64,000 nt of DNA from Candidatus Aquilonibacter sp. (GCA_035702815.1 DASSZO010000092.1:7004-71003); one strand, 5' to 3'. Shown: positions 27,035 to 37,248, counted from the stretch's first letter. Notes: generated from the letters alone by a model not told the origin. Translations and numbers: made by a program.

Positions 27035-28351
27035 GTGGCTAAGGCGCGCTCCGTCTACTTCTGTAATGCGTGCGGTTTCGAATCACCGCGCTGGCTGGGC
27101 CGATGCCCGCAATGCGAAGCGTGGAACTCGTTCGACGAGCGTCCGTTTAGCGTGCCGGCGCGTTCGGCCAAAGCGGCGCCGGCGCGAAATCCGGCGCTCG
27201 GCCCGGTGACGCTCGACGAGATCGATAGCGCGAAGATCGCGCGCGTTCGCACCGGACTCCCTGAGTTTGACGGCGTGCTCGGCGGCGGCATCGTGCCGGG
27301 CAGCCTGACGCTCATCGGCGGTCCGCCCGGAGCGGGGAAATCGACGCTCTTACTGCAGATTGCGGCGCGGCTCGCCGATCTGGGCCCCACGGTATACGTG
27401 TGCGGTGAAGAGTCGGCCGCGCAAGTGAAGTTGCGCGCGGCGCGTCTGGGCCTTACTGCGCCGGTACTCGTGCATGCCGAGACGAATCTGCGCGCGGTGC
27501 TCGACGCGCTCGAACGCATCGCGCCGATCGCATTGATCGTCGATTCGATTCAGACGGTGTGGCTTCCCGAAGCCGAAGCCTACGCCGGTTCGGTAACGCA
27601 GGTGCGCGACTGCACGCAGGCGCTCATGGAGTATGCCAAGCGCAGCGGCTGCGCGACGTTCATCGTCGGACACGTCACCAAAGACGGCGCGATCGCCGGA
27701 CCGCGGCTGCTCGAACACCTCGTCGACACCGTGCTGTATTTTGAGGGCGAAACCAGCGGCGAGTACCGCATCTTGCGCGCGTACAAGAATCGCTTCGGCT
27801 CGATCGACGAGATCTGCGTCTTCTCGATGCACGAAGCGGGCCTGGAAGAGGTCGTCAATCCCTCGGAACTCTTTCTCGCCGGTCGCGATACGCGTCCGAG
27901 CGGCTCGTGCGTGGTCGCCTCGATCGTCGGTTCGCGCCCGGTGCTCATCGAAGTGCAGGCGCTCGTCGGCGAGACGAGCTACGGAACGCCGCGGCGGCTG
28001 GCGAACAACCTCGATCAAGCGCGCTTGGCGATGATCCTCGCGGTACTCGAACGCCGCGTCGGCCTGCACCTGGGGACGCACGACGTGTATGCGTCGGTCG
28101 CCGGCGGGCTGCGGGTCAACGAACCGGCGGCGGATCTCGGGATCGCGCTCGCCATCGCTTCCTCGTTCCGCAATGTGGCGCTCGCCGACGACGTCGCGGC
28201 ATTCGGCGAACTCGGCCTTTCCGGCGAGCTGCGCGCGGTCGGCGCATCGCCCCGCCGCGAAGCCGAGGCACGAAAGCTCGGGTATCGGACGCTCGTGACG
28301 CCGTCGACGCACCGCGACATCGCAAGCGCGATCTCGGCAGTGCTGAGCTGA
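27035..28351 (+). CDS. radA: DNA repair protein RadA/Sms
   Basis: A zinc finger (YFCNACGFESPRWLGRCPQCEAWNSF), a Walker A motif (GGPPGAGKST), KNRFG, and a Lon-like C-terminus. Confidence 0.95.
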   Translation: MAKARSVYFCNACGFESPRWLGRCPQCEAWNSFDERPFSVPARSAKAAPARNPALGPVTLDEIDSAKIARVRTGLPEFDGVLGGGIVPGSLTLIGGPPGAGKSTLLLQIAARLADLGPTVYVCGEESAAQVKLRAARLGLTAPVLVHAETNLRAVLDALERIAPIALIVDSIQTVWLPEAEAYAGSVTQVRDCTQALMEYAKRSGCATFIVGHVTKDGAIAGPRLLEHLVDTVLYFEGETSGEYRILRAYKNRFGSIDEICVFSMHEAGLEEVVNPSELFLAGRDTRPSGSCVVASIVGSRPVLIEVQALVGETSYGTPRRLANNLDQARLAMILAVLERRVGLHLGTHDVYASVAGGLRVNEPAADLGIALAIASSFRNVALADDVAAFGELGLSGELRAVGASPRREAEARKLGYRTLVTPSTHRDIASAISAVLS

Positions 28352-28355
28352 CCGC

Positions 28356-29201
28356 GTGGCGCTCTTCGAAATCGTACCGAACATGTCGGAAGGCCGACGC
28401 AGCGCGACGATCGATGCCGCCGTGCGCGCGGTACACCAGACCGGCGCACGCGTCTTGCACCGGACGAGCGATGCCGTGCATCACCGCAGCGTGCTCACGA
28501 TCGTCGGCAGCGCGCCGCAAGTGCTCGACGCAGCCGTCGCGCTCGCCGGCGTCGCGGTCGAAACGATCGATCTTCGCACGCATCGCGGCGTCCATCCCCG
28601 CATCGGCGCACTGGACGTACTCCCTTTCGTCCCCTTACGCGACGCGACGTTGACGCAAGCGGCCGATCTCGCCCACCGCGCGGGAACGCTCATCTGGGAT
28701 CGCTACCGCATTCCTTCATTTTTTTATGGCGCCGCGGCGCGATCTCCGCAGCGCGTTCTGCTTGCATCCGTTCGCGAGGGGCAGTTCGAAGGGTTGGAGG
28801 CACGCTTTGCGGATCCGGCTTGGAAACCCGACACCGGCGACGTACCGCGCCACGAACGCGCGGGCGCAATCGCGATCGGAGCGCGCGATCTGCTCGTTGC
28901 GTTCAACGTCAACCTCGCAACGGGTGACCTTGCGCTGGCACGTTCGATCGCGCGGACCCTACGCGAACGCACGGGCGGCTTGCTGACGCTTCGCGCGCTT
29001 GGCTTGCGCCTCGACGAGAACGCCGTTCAGGTCTCGTTCAACGTCACGCAGTATGAATCGACCCCGCTCTATCGAATCGTCGAGCTCGTGCGTCACCTTG
29101 CCGCGGCGCGGGGCGTTGCGATCGCAACGAGCGAGTTGATCGGCTGCCTGCCTCGAGCGGCCGTCGAGTCCGCCGCAACGTATTACCTCGGCATCCGCTA
29201 A
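28356..29201 (+). CDS. Glutamate formimidoyltransferase (FtcD N-terminal-type)
   Basis: EIVPNMSEGRR...HHRSVLTIVG is a typical formiminotransferase N-subdomain. Confidence 0.85.
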   Translation: MALFEIVPNMSEGRRSATIDAAVRAVHQTGARVLHRTSDAVHHRSVLTIVGSAPQVLDAAVALAGVAVETIDLRTHRGVHPRIGALDVLPFVPLRDATLTQAADLAHRAGTLIWDRYRIPSFFYGAAARSPQRVLLASVREGQFEGLEARFADPAWKPDTGDVPRHERAGAIAIGARDLLVAFNVNLATGDLALARSIARTLRERTGGLLTLRALGLRLDENAVQVSFNVTQYESTPLYRIVELVRHLAAARGVAIATSELIGCLPRAAVESAATYYLGIR

Positions 29202-29218
29202 CGACCCAAGGAGCATCA

Positions 29219-31912
29219 GTGAAAATCCTCGCGTACGTCCTCTTCTTCGTCATGGCGATCGGTGCACCGGTCTTTGCGGCAAGCGGTGACGCCGGCGGCC
29301 CCGGCGACGGCGGCATCTACACGGCGACGCTTCACAACGGGCTGCGCGTGGTCGTCGTCGAGGATCGCAGCGCACCGGTCGTGCAGACGGCCGTGTGGTA
29401 TCACTTCGGATCGCTCGACGAAACGCCCGGCAAGACCGGCCTCGCGCATGCCCTCGAACACATGATGTTTCGTGGAACGACCGACATGAGCGCCGGCGGC
29501 CTCGACGACGTCGTGGCGCGCTTAGGCGCGCAGATGAACGCCGAGACGTCCTACGATCAAACGCACTTCTACTTTCTCATGCCGTCGGACAAACTCGACG
29601 TCGGACTCATGATCGAGGCGGACCGGATGCGGCATCTCGCGCTGCGCCAAGCGGACTGGAACATCGAACGCGGGGCGGTCATCAACGAACTCGAAGGCGA
29701 CGAGAGCTCCCCGTTTTTCTCATTGCTCTCTCGCGTGCGCGCCGCAGCCTTTCCCAATCAGCCCGAAGGGCGCACCCCGATCGGGAAGAAGGCCGACATC
29801 GAACGCGCAAGCGTTGCCGACATCGCGCGCTACTATCACGAATGGTATGCGCCCAACAACGCCACGCTCGTCGTTGCCGGCAACGTCGCACATCAAACCG
29901 TTTTCGACGACGCGGCGCGCTACTTCGGATCGATTCCCAGCAAGAAGCTACCGGCGCACCAGTCGCTGCATCCCGTTCCGGTCGCGCATACCGTCACCGT
30001 CGACTCGGATCTGCCGTTTCCATTCGAAATTCTCGACCTTGCCTACGCCGTTCCCGGCGACACGGAACCCGGCGAGCCGGAGATCAGCACGCTCGTCCAG
30101 TTGATCGGCAACCAGCTCTCCCCGTTCTATCAGGCACTCGTCGAATCGAACGTCGCGCTCGCCGTTGACGGCGAACAGGACACGCAGTTGCACGGCGGAC
30201 TGTTCAACGTCTTCATCGTGCTCAATCCCGGGCACACGAGCGCCGAGGCGCAAGCGATCTTTCAAGCGACGATGGATAACGTGCTCAAAAACGGCGTGAC
30301 CCCCGATCTTCTCCAAGCCGCCAAGCGTCTGACGATCGCCGACCGCATGTACTCGGGCGACTCAATCACCGGGATGGGCGATCTCGCCGGATACACGTAC
30401 GGCATCGTCGGCGAACGAATCGCCGACGAAGACAACCGGCTTGCGGGGATTACGTCGACGTCATTGCAGGGCGTGCTGGCGCGGTATCTTGCGCATCCGA
30501 CCGTGGTCGGCATCCTGCGCACGCGCACGCAGCCGGCAAAAGGAAGCTCCCAAAAGAGCGACGCGTCGATCAGCGACGACTTCTCAAAGCGCGTTCCCAA
30601 CGGTCCGATCGTCATTCCGGCACCGATCCGCTCGCTTGCGGAAGCACCGACGACGGCGCGCAGCCCGCTGCATCCGGTTGCATTCACGTTGAGTAACGGA
30701 CTCAAAGTGCTCGTGCAAGAGAAACACGATCGCCCGACGTTCATCCTGCGCGGTCAGATCGAATCATCCAGCGCGTTCACGCCGCCGGGCAAAGAGGGCA
30801 TCGCGCGCCTGGCTTCCGACGCCGCGGACTACGGCAGCGAGCACTATCCCTTCGCGCAGCGGCGGCGCGCGATCGATATGATGGGCGCGAACGTCCACAA
30901 CGGCGCGGAGTTCGGCGCACGCGGCCTGGTTCGCGACTTCTCGAAAATCGTCGATATCGTGGCCGACGGCGAAGAACATCCGACCTTCGCCGATCCGTGG
31001 TTCGGCATCGAAAAGGGACAGCTGTCCAACAGCCTCCAATCCGAAGCATCGATCTCGGGCGTCATGATCGACCGCGCCTACGCGCGTCTGCTGGCGTCTC
31101 CGAGCGATCCGTCGTTGCGCATTCCGACGGCGGGCACCGTCGACACGATCAGCCGCGACGATCTGCTCGCTTACGTGTCGACGTATTGGCGTCCGGATCT
31201 CACGACGATTTCCGTCGTGGGCGACGTGACGCCTGACGAAGTGCGCACCGCGCTCGAACGCGCATTCGGCGGTTGGAAGGCCGCGGGCGCGACGCCCGAT
31301 GCGCATCAGCTTGCGTACACCGCCGCGCATCGCGGGACCGACTTCATCGAGACGCAAGCGCAACAGGTCTTCGTGCGGCTGGGCCAGCCTGCGGTCGCGC
31401 GCAACAGTCCCGACTATCCCGCGCTTATGGTCCTCAACCAAATCCTCGGCGCCGGCGGCAACTTCGAGTCGCGCTTGTGGCAAGAGCTCCGTCAGAAGCG
31501 CGGACTCGTCTACGGCGTGACGAGTTCGGTCAACGCAGGGCGCGATCGCGGTGATTTCCGCATCGAACTCAACGCGTCGCCGTCGCGCGTGGGTGAAGCC
31601 GTTCGTTTCGTTCGTCAGGAGCTTCGCGAACTGCAGACGCATCCGGTCTCGCCGACCGAGTTGCAGGAAGCCAAGCTTCGGTTGGTCAGCGATGCGCTGC
31701 TCCAAGAAGCGAGCTCCGACGGGCAGGTCGCGCAACTTGCGGAGATCGGCGGGTACGGACTGCCGCTCGATTACTTTCAAACGCTCAACGACCGCTTTGC
31801 GGGAGTGACCGCCGCGGACGTGCAGCGCGTTGCCAAGACCTACCTCGTGCCCGATCGTCTCGTCGAGATCTTTGCGGGTCCCGCCGGACCGTGGGCACAA
31901 GGGAGGTTATGA
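29219..31912 (+). CDS. Secreted M16 (pitrilysin/insulinase) family zinc peptidase, double-length (two M16 pairs)
   Basis: Signal peptide MKILAYVLFFVMAIGAPVFAA. Inverted zinc motif GLAHALEHMMFRGT (HxxEH). AAGGAG SD at 29208-29213. Confidence 0.85.
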   Translation: MKILAYVLFFVMAIGAPVFAASGDAGGPGDGGIYTATLHNGLRVVVVEDRSAPVVQTAVWYHFGSLDETPGKTGLAHALEHMMFRGTTDMSAGGLDDVVARLGAQMNAETSYDQTHFYFLMPSDKLDVGLMIEADRMRHLALRQADWNIERGAVINELEGDESSPFFSLLSRVRAAAFPNQPEGRTPIGKKADIERASVADIARYYHEWYAPNNATLVVAGNVAHQTVFDDAARYFGSIPSKKLPAHQSLHPVPVAHTVTVDSDLPFPFEILDLAYAVPGDTEPGEPEISTLVQLIGNQLSPFYQALVESNVALAVDGEQDTQLHGGLFNVFIVLNPGHTSAEAQAIFQATMDNVLKNGVTPDLLQAAKRLTIADRMYSGDSITGMGDLAGYTYGIVGERIADEDNRLAGITSTSLQGVLARYLAHPTVVGILRTRTQPAKGSSQKSDASISDDFSKRVPNGPIVIPAPIRSLAEAPTTARSPLHPVAFTLSNGLKVLVQEKHDRPTFILRGQIESSSAFTPPGKEGIARLASDAADYGSEHYPFAQRRRAIDMMGANVHNGAEFGARGLVRDFSKIVDIVADGEEHPTFADPWFGIEKGQLSNSLQSEASISGVMIDRAYARLLASPSDPSLRIPTAGTVDTISRDDLLAYVSTYWRPDLTTISVVGDVTPDEVRTALERAFGGWKAAGATPDAHQLAYTAAHRGTDFIETQAQQVFVRLGQPAVARNSPDYPALMVLNQILGAGGNFESRLWQELRQKRGLVYGVTSSVNAGRDRGDFRIELNASPSRVGEAVRFVRQELRELQTHPVSPTELQEAKLRLVSDALLQEASSDGQVAQLAEIGGYGLPLDYFQTLNDRFAGVTAADVQRVAKTYLVPDRLVEIFAGPAGPWAQGRL

Positions 31913-33300
31913 ACGTTCAAACGCGCGATGCGATAACCACCATCAACCCGGCCACCGGCGAAGCGATCGAGCGCATTGCGCGAACGAGCGGGGCCGATCT
32001 CGACGAGACGCTCGCGCAGGCCGACGCGCGCTATCGCGCGTGGCGTGAAGCGCCGGTCGAGGATCGCGCGCAGCTCTTCTTCGGTATTGCGCGCGCACTC
32101 CGATCGGAGCGGGCGTCGCTCGCGCAAACCGCCGTACGCGAAATGGGTAAGCCGATCGATCAGGCCAATGCCGAAATCGAAAAGTGCGCGACATGTTGTG
32201 AGTACTTTGCCCAACAGGGTCCGGCGATGCTTGCCGACCTTGCGATGCCGAGCAACGCGTCGCGCAGTTATGCCGCGTTTCGACCCCTTGGGGTGATCCT
32301 CGCGGTCATGCCGTGGAACTTTCCGTACTGGCAGGTGTTCCGCGCCGCGGTCCCCGCGCTGATGGCCGGCAATACGATGCTCCTCAAACATGCGGAAAAC
32401 ACGACGCGCTGCGGCCTCGAAATCGAACGGATTTTCCAAGAAGCGGGCGCGCCTCGCGGACTCTTCGCGACGATCGTGGTCGAGCACGACGCGGCCGAAC
32501 GTCTGCTCGCCGACGAACGCATCGTTGCCGCGACGCTGACGGGCAGCGAACGGGCGGGTGTAGCCATCGCGCGCGCTGCCGGAACGAAGTTGAAAAAAAC
32601 GGTGCTCGAACTGGGCGGGAGCGATCCGTTCATCGTTCTCGGCGACGCCGACCTCGACGCCGCGGTACGCCTCGCCGTGGCGGGACGGTTTCAAAACAAT
32701 GGACAGAGCTGCATCGCCGCAAAGCGTTTCATCATCGAGAGCAGCGCGTACGACGAATTCGCCGCGCGATTCGCCGAGGCCGCGCGAGCCCAACGCGTCG
32801 GCGATCCGATGGACGAGGCGACCGAACTCGGTCCGCTTGCGCGCGCCGACTTAATGAAGACGCTTCACGAACAGGTGAGGGAAACGCTCGAAGCGGGCGC
32901 GACGCTCCTGAGCGGTGGACGACCGATCGATCGCGCGGGCAACTTTTACGAAGCGACGGTGGTCGGAGACGTCGTTCCCGGCATGCGCATGTTCGATGAG
33001 GAGACGTTCGGGCCGGCTGCCGCGCTCGTGCGCGCGCGCAACGAACGCGAAGCGATCGCACTCGCCAACCGTTCTTCGTACGGACTCGGCGCGTCGATTC
33101 ACAGCCGCGATACGCAGCGCGCGGAGCGGCTCGCATCGCACATCGAAGCCGGAATGGTTTTCGTCAACGGCATCGTCGCAAGCGATCCTCGCCTACCGTT
33201 CGGCGGCCGCAAGCGCAGCGGGCACGGCCGCGAACTCTCCCACTTCGGCATCCACGAATTCACGAATATTCAAACGGTGTGGGTCGGCCTCGGGCAGTAG
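31909..33300 (+). CDS. NAD(P)-dependent aldehyde dehydrogenase (succinate-semialdehyde dehydrogenase-like)
   Basis: WNFPYWQVFR, ELGGSDPFIV and GQSCIAAKRF (catalytic Cys). ATGA overlap with the peptidase stop. GGGAGG SD. Confidence 0.85.
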   Translation: MNVQTRDAITTINPATGEAIERIARTSGADLDETLAQADARYRAWREAPVEDRAQLFFGIARALRSERASLAQTAVREMGKPIDQANAEIEKCATCCEYFAQQGPAMLADLAMPSNASRSYAAFRPLGVILAVMPWNFPYWQVFRAAVPALMAGNTMLLKHAENTTRCGLEIERIFQEAGAPRGLFATIVVEHDAAERLLADERIVAATLTGSERAGVAIARAAGTKLKKTVLELGGSDPFIVLGDADLDAAVRLAVAGRFQNNGQSCIAAKRFIIESSAYDEFAARFAEAARAQRVGDPMDEATELGPLARADLMKTLHEQVRETLEAGATLLSGGRPIDRAGNFYEATVVGDVVPGMRMFDEETFGPAAALVRARNEREAIALANRSSYGLGASIHSRDTQRAERLASHIEAGMVFVNGIVASDPRLPFGGRKRSGHGRELSHFGIHEFTNIQTVWVGLGQ

Positions 33301-33576
33301 TTCGAGCAGATCGGCGTTTTCGTCGACGATCGACTGCAGCGCCGCGCCGTGGCGGCCGCGTGCGCGGGCGAGCGTCAGGAATGCGTGCAGCGAGGCGACG
33401 AACGCCTTCCACGCCGGCTCGCGCTGCGCGTCCGGTGCCATGAGCGCGGCGGCGTACCGATCGCTCACCGAGAGCGCGAAGTGCTCGAGCGCGCGTTCGG
33501 TGCCGGCAGCGCACCGTAAGTGGGCCGATACCTCGCGATACGACGTTGCAAGGTCGGGGTCAAAAAAGAGTCTCAC
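33193..33576 (-). CDS. Hypothetical protein, 127 aa, translationally coupled to the upstream MFS gene
   Basis: GTG 33576 forms a GTGA overlap with the MFS stop. No recognisable motif. The 3' 108 nt run antisense through the end of the aldehyde dehydrogenase gene. Confidence 0.4.
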   Translation of the reverse strand: MRLFFDPDLATSYREVSAHLRCAAGTERALEHFALSVSDRYAAALMAPDAQREPAWKAFVASLHAFLTLARARGRHGAALQSIVDENADLLELLPEADPHRLNIREFVDAEVGEFAAVPAALAAAER

Positions 33577-35129
33577 GATTTTTTCCTCGGAAGCAAAAGG
33601 ACCAGCGGCGCGAGCGCGCACACGACGGTTCCTGCGACGAGCAAGACGTCGTCATACGCGAGCGTCGTCGCTTGCGCATCGACGATCGATGCAAGCTGCG
33701 CGAGCGAATGGCCGTGTAAGAATTGAGCGACGGCGGAGCGATCGAGCGTCGCGCCCGCGGCAAGGACCGCTTGATGAAAGACTTCGCGGCGGTCCAGCAG
33801 CGTGACGAGCAATGCGGCGGTGATCGAACCGCTCATTTGGAATGCGAGGATGACAAACGATGACGCCTTGGCCGCCTCTTGCGGAACCGCGCGCAGCACG
33901 GCGACGAGCAGCGGCGAGTAGACGAACGCGATGCCGAGTCCGGCCAGTAATTGCGGGCCGACGAAGGTCATGAACGTGGAATCCGTTGTGATCGTTCGTC
34001 CCAGCCAAATCGCGCCCAAACCGTTGGTAAAGAGTCCCAGTCCGATCATGACGCGCAGATCGATGCGTTGATTGTTCGTCAATCGTCCGATCCACAGCGT
34101 GAGCAAGACGACGGGCAACGCTCGCAGCCCGACGAGAATGCCGGTCTGCGTCGATGTAAATCCCAAACCGTCGACCGTGAATTGCGGCAGCAGCAGCGCG
34201 CCGCCGAAGACGCCGATCGCGTTGGCCATGATGCACAGGACCGCGATGAGGACCGCGCGGTGGCGCAGCACGCGCAAGTCGACGATCGGCGCCTTCTGAC
34301 GCAACTCCCACACGACGAACGCCGCGAGCGACGCAACGGAGGCGACCGCCGCGCCCGCGATGCGCGGATCGGAGAACCAGTCATATTGCTGGCCTTGATC
34401 GAGCACGTACTGCAGCGTGGAGAGCGCGACGATGAGCAAGCCGAGCCCGATGCCGTCGAGCGGCTCGCGCGACGGCACGGAGTCGTCGCGCAGCAAACGC
34501 CAGATCAGCACGAACGCGATGGCGCCCGGGACGATATTGACGTCGAAGATCCAGGGCCAGGATGCGTTATCCGTGATCAAGCCGCCGAGCGTCGGGCCGA
34601 CGGACGGACCGAGGACCGTCGCGAACGCGAAGATCGACTGACTCAAGCCCAGTTGCTTGGGACCGAACGTGTCGCGCATCACGATCTGCGCGGTCGAAAG
34701 CAGGCCGCCGCCGAACGCGCCTTGCGCGATACGAAAGACGATCAGCGCGTCGAGGGACGTCGCCATGCCGCAGAGCAGCGAGGTGAGCGTAAAGCCGGCG
34801 ATCGAGATCAGAAAGTAACGTTTGCGCCCGAGCCGCCGCTGAAGCCATGGCGTGATCGGAATGACGACGACGTTGGCGACGACGAAGGCGGTGACGATCC
34901 AGATCGACTCGTCGACCGTCGCGCCCAGATTTCCCTGAATGGTGGGCAGCGAGACGTTGACGATCGTCGTATCGATCATCTGGAGCAACGCTGCCAGCAT
35001 GACGCCGGTCACGATCAAGACCCGGCGCGTTCCGTGTTCGACCAGCGTCGGAACCGGGGCCGGGGACGGGAGCGGACGGGGCGCCGGCGGGCGAAGCGGC
35101 GGGACGGTGCTGATGGTTGTCGTTGTCAT
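33573..35129 (-). CDS. MFS transporter, DHA2 (EmrB/QacA, 14-TMS) family
   Basis: LLQMIDTTIVNVSLPTIQGNLG is a DHA2 hallmark. About 14 hydrophobic segments. Confidence 0.85.
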   Translation of the reverse strand: MTTTTISTVPPLRPPAPRPLPSPAPVPTLVEHGTRRVLIVTGVMLAALLQMIDTTIVNVSLPTIQGNLGATVDESIWIVTAFVVANVVVIPITPWLQRRLGRKRYFLISIAGFTLTSLLCGMATSLDALIVFRIAQGAFGGGLLSTAQIVMRDTFGPKQLGLSQSIFAFATVLGPSVGPTLGGLITDNASWPWIFDVNIVPGAIAFVLIWRLLRDDSVPSREPLDGIGLGLLIVALSTLQYVLDQGQQYDWFSDPRIAGAAVASVASLAAFVVWELRQKAPIVDLRVLRHRAVLIAVLCIMANAIGVFGGALLLPQFTVDGLGFTSTQTGILVGLRALPVVLLTLWIGRLTNNQRIDLRVMIGLGLFTNGLGAIWLGRTITTDSTFMTFVGPQLLAGLGIAFVYSPLLVAVLRAVPQEAAKASSFVILAFQMSGSITAALLVTLLDRREVFHQAVLAAGATLDRSAVAQFLHGHSLAQLASIVDAQATTLAYDDVLLVAGTVVCALAPLVLLLPRKKS

Positions 35130-35136
35130 GCGCTGA

Positions 35137-35189
35137 TGCTAGAATACGGGGGAGGTTATCCTAGCACCAGCCCCGCGTTATCCTAGCAC
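35137..35189 (+). promoter_or_regulatory. Divergent promoter region: an extended -10 box plus a 13-bp direct repeat (operator candidate)
   Basis: TGCTAGAAT at 35137-35145 (TGn-TAGAAT). GTTATCCTAGCAC occurs at 35155-35167 and again at 35177-35189, 22 bp start to start. Confidence 0.35.
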
Positions 35190-35202
35190 TGAGAGTGACA
35201 GC

Positions 35203-36102
35203 ATGGCCCTACTGAATCCGGACCGCGACGCGGAACGCCGCGCCGAACTGAGCGATTTCTTGCGCACCCGCCGCGCGCGCTTGACTCCCGAGGACGTCGG
35301 CCTCGTGAGCGGATCCCGTCGCCGAACCCCCGGGCTGCGCCGCGAAGAGGTGGCGTTGCTCGCGAACATCGGGGCGACCTGGTATACCCGGCTCGAGCAG
35401 GGGTTACCGATCAACGTTTCGCCGGACGTCCTCGAAAGCATCGGCAAAGCGCTTCATCTCACCGACGTCGAGCGCCATCATCTCTTTACCCTGGCGGGCG
35501 TCGCCTTTCCCGAGCGCAACGACACGCAACTCGAAGCGATCACGCCGCAACTGCGCCGGGTGATCGACGCGATGTATCCGCATCCCGCGTACGTACGCGG
35601 GCGGCGCTGGGATATTTTGGCGGCGAATAAGGCGGCCGAAGTCGTGCTCGGTATTCCCGATGTCGAACACGGCCCGAAGATCAACATGCTCTACCGCTTC
35701 TTCACCAACTATTCGTGCCGCTCGATCTATCCGAGCTGGGATGAAATCGGGCCGAAGCTCGTCGCCCAATTTCGGGCAATCGCGGCACGCTATCCCGATG
35801 ACGAGGGGTTTCGCTCGCTGATCTCAACGCTCGCGGAACGCAGCGAACATTTTCGCCGCTGGTGGGCGCAGCACGACGTCGTCGACGTGACGCAAGGATT
35901 CAAGCGCTTCTACCATCCGTCCGTCGGCGAACTTACGCTCGATCACGTGGTGCTCGCGGTTCCCGACTTTGCGGACGTTCGCGTGATCGCGTACTCGGTG
36001 GAACCGGGATCGGACTCCGAACGCAAACTGCATCGCTTGGTTGCAATGCCGGACGCGTACGAGAAGATCCAGTTTTGCCGCGCTTCCCCCACCCGGATCT
36101 GA
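35203..36102 (+). CDS. MmyB-like XRE-family transcriptional regulator
   Basis: LSDFLRTRRARLTPEDVGL...RRRTPGLRREEVALLANIGATWYTRLEQG is a canonical MmyB-family N-terminus. Confidence 0.8.
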   Translation: MALLNPDRDAERRAELSDFLRTRRARLTPEDVGLVSGSRRRTPGLRREEVALLANIGATWYTRLEQGLPINVSPDVLESIGKALHLTDVERHHLFTLAGVAFPERNDTQLEAITPQLRRVIDAMYPHPAYVRGRRWDILAANKAAEVVLGIPDVEHGPKINMLYRFFTNYSCRSIYPSWDEIGPKLVAQFRAIAARYPDDEGFRSLISTLAERSEHFRRWWAQHDVVDVTQGFKRFYHPSVGELTLDHVVLAVPDFADVRVIAYSVEPGSDSERKLHRLVAMPDAYEKIQFCRASPTRI

Positions 36103-36107
36103 CCGCC

Positions 36108-37244
36108 TTACACGTGCGCCAAATCGCTGGTAAATTTCGCCATCCGGCGCACGCCTTCGCGAACGCGATCGAGCGGCGCAACCCAGCTCAAGCGTAGCCA
36201 GCCTTCAAACGAGGCGCCGAACGCCGAGCCGGGAATCGCGAGCACGTCGTACTCTTCGAGTAACCCGAGCGCGCCCTCGAGTGAAGAGATGCCGTCGGGA
36301 AGACGCACGCACGCATAAAAACTGCCCTCGGGTTTGATGAAGCGCATCCCGCTGGCCTCGAGCGCCTCGACGACCCCGGCCCACTGTCCGCGATACCACG
36401 AAACCTGTTCGCCCACGCCGCCGAGCGTCGTAAAGACCGAGAGCGCGACCTGCTGGGCGAACGTGTCGGCGCACGACGTCACCCACGCATGCGCTTTGAT
36501 CGCCTCGGTGATGAACTCGTGCGGCGCGAGGATCCATCCCAAACGCAGCCCGGTCAGCGCATTGCTCTTGCTGACGGAGTTGGTGACGATCGTGCGCGGA
36601 TAGATCTCGGCGAAGTACGCTTCGTCTTCGACGAAGGTTTGCTCGCGATAGATCTCGTCGTGCACGATCCAGACCGGTTCACCGCCGCGCGCTTCGAGCC
36701 CGTTCACCAACGTTTGCGCTTCTTGACGGCTCATGACGCGCCCGGTCGGATTGTTCGGCGAACAGATCACGATCGCGCGCGTACGATCGTTGACGGCCGA
36801 GAGAATCCGCTCGGCGTCGAAGGCAAAATCGTCCTCTTCGCGCATCGCGACCGTCGACACCGTGACGCCCTCGAGCTTGGCCATCTTCACGTACGACGGG
36901 AACGCCGGATCGACGACGAGCAGTTCGTCCTTTGCCGGGTCGAGCAGCGTCTTGAGCGCAACGTACATCGCCTCTTGCGATCCGGTCGTGACGCACACGT
37001 TCTCGCTGCGATGCATGTCGGGGTAGTTGTAATGCCGCGCGATCGCTTCGCGCAACGCCGGATCGCCCGCGTTGTGGGTATAGCGCACGCCGTGCCGGCG
37101 AACGTACTCCATCGCGGCGGTGAAGTGCTCGGGATTCGGCATGAGCGACGGCTCGCCCAGGCCGAGGTCGATCGAGGTGGGCTTCTTCTTCGCCGCAACC
37201 TCGCGGATGAGCGAACCGGGAATGGCCAGTACTTTGGGATTCAT
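36108..37244 (-). CDS. Class I/II pyridoxal-phosphate aminotransferase (N-succinyl-DAP aminotransferase candidate by context)
   Basis: SPNNPTG and SVSKSNALTGLRLGW (PLP lysine). Immediately downstream of dapD. ATG 37244 preferred over the track's TTG 37259. Confidence 0.8.
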   Translation of the reverse strand: MNPKVLAIPGSLIREVAAKKKPTSIDLGLGEPSLMPNPEHFTAAMEYVRRHGVRYTHNAGDPALREAIARHYNYPDMHRSENVCVTTGSQEAMYVALKTLLDPAKDELLVVDPAFPSYVKMAKLEGVTVSTVAMREEDDFAFDAERILSAVNDRTRAIVICSPNNPTGRVMSRQEAQTLVNGLEARGGEPVWIVHDEIYREQTFVEDEAYFAEIYPRTIVTNSVSKSNALTGLRLGWILAPHEFITEAIKAHAWVTSCADTFAQQVALSVFTTLGGVGEQVSWYRGQWAGVVEALEASGMRFIKPEGSFYACVRLPDGISSLEGALGLLEEYDVLAIPGSAFGASFEGWLRLSWVAPLDRVREGVRRMAKFTSDLAHV

Positions 37245-37248
37245 CGAG

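Noticed and set aside
30764-32793. Minus-strand ORFs 30764-31900 (378 aa) and 31840-32793 (317 aa)
   Set aside because: They are antisense to the M16 peptidase and the aldehyde dehydrogenase. The same high-GC artefact reasoning applies.
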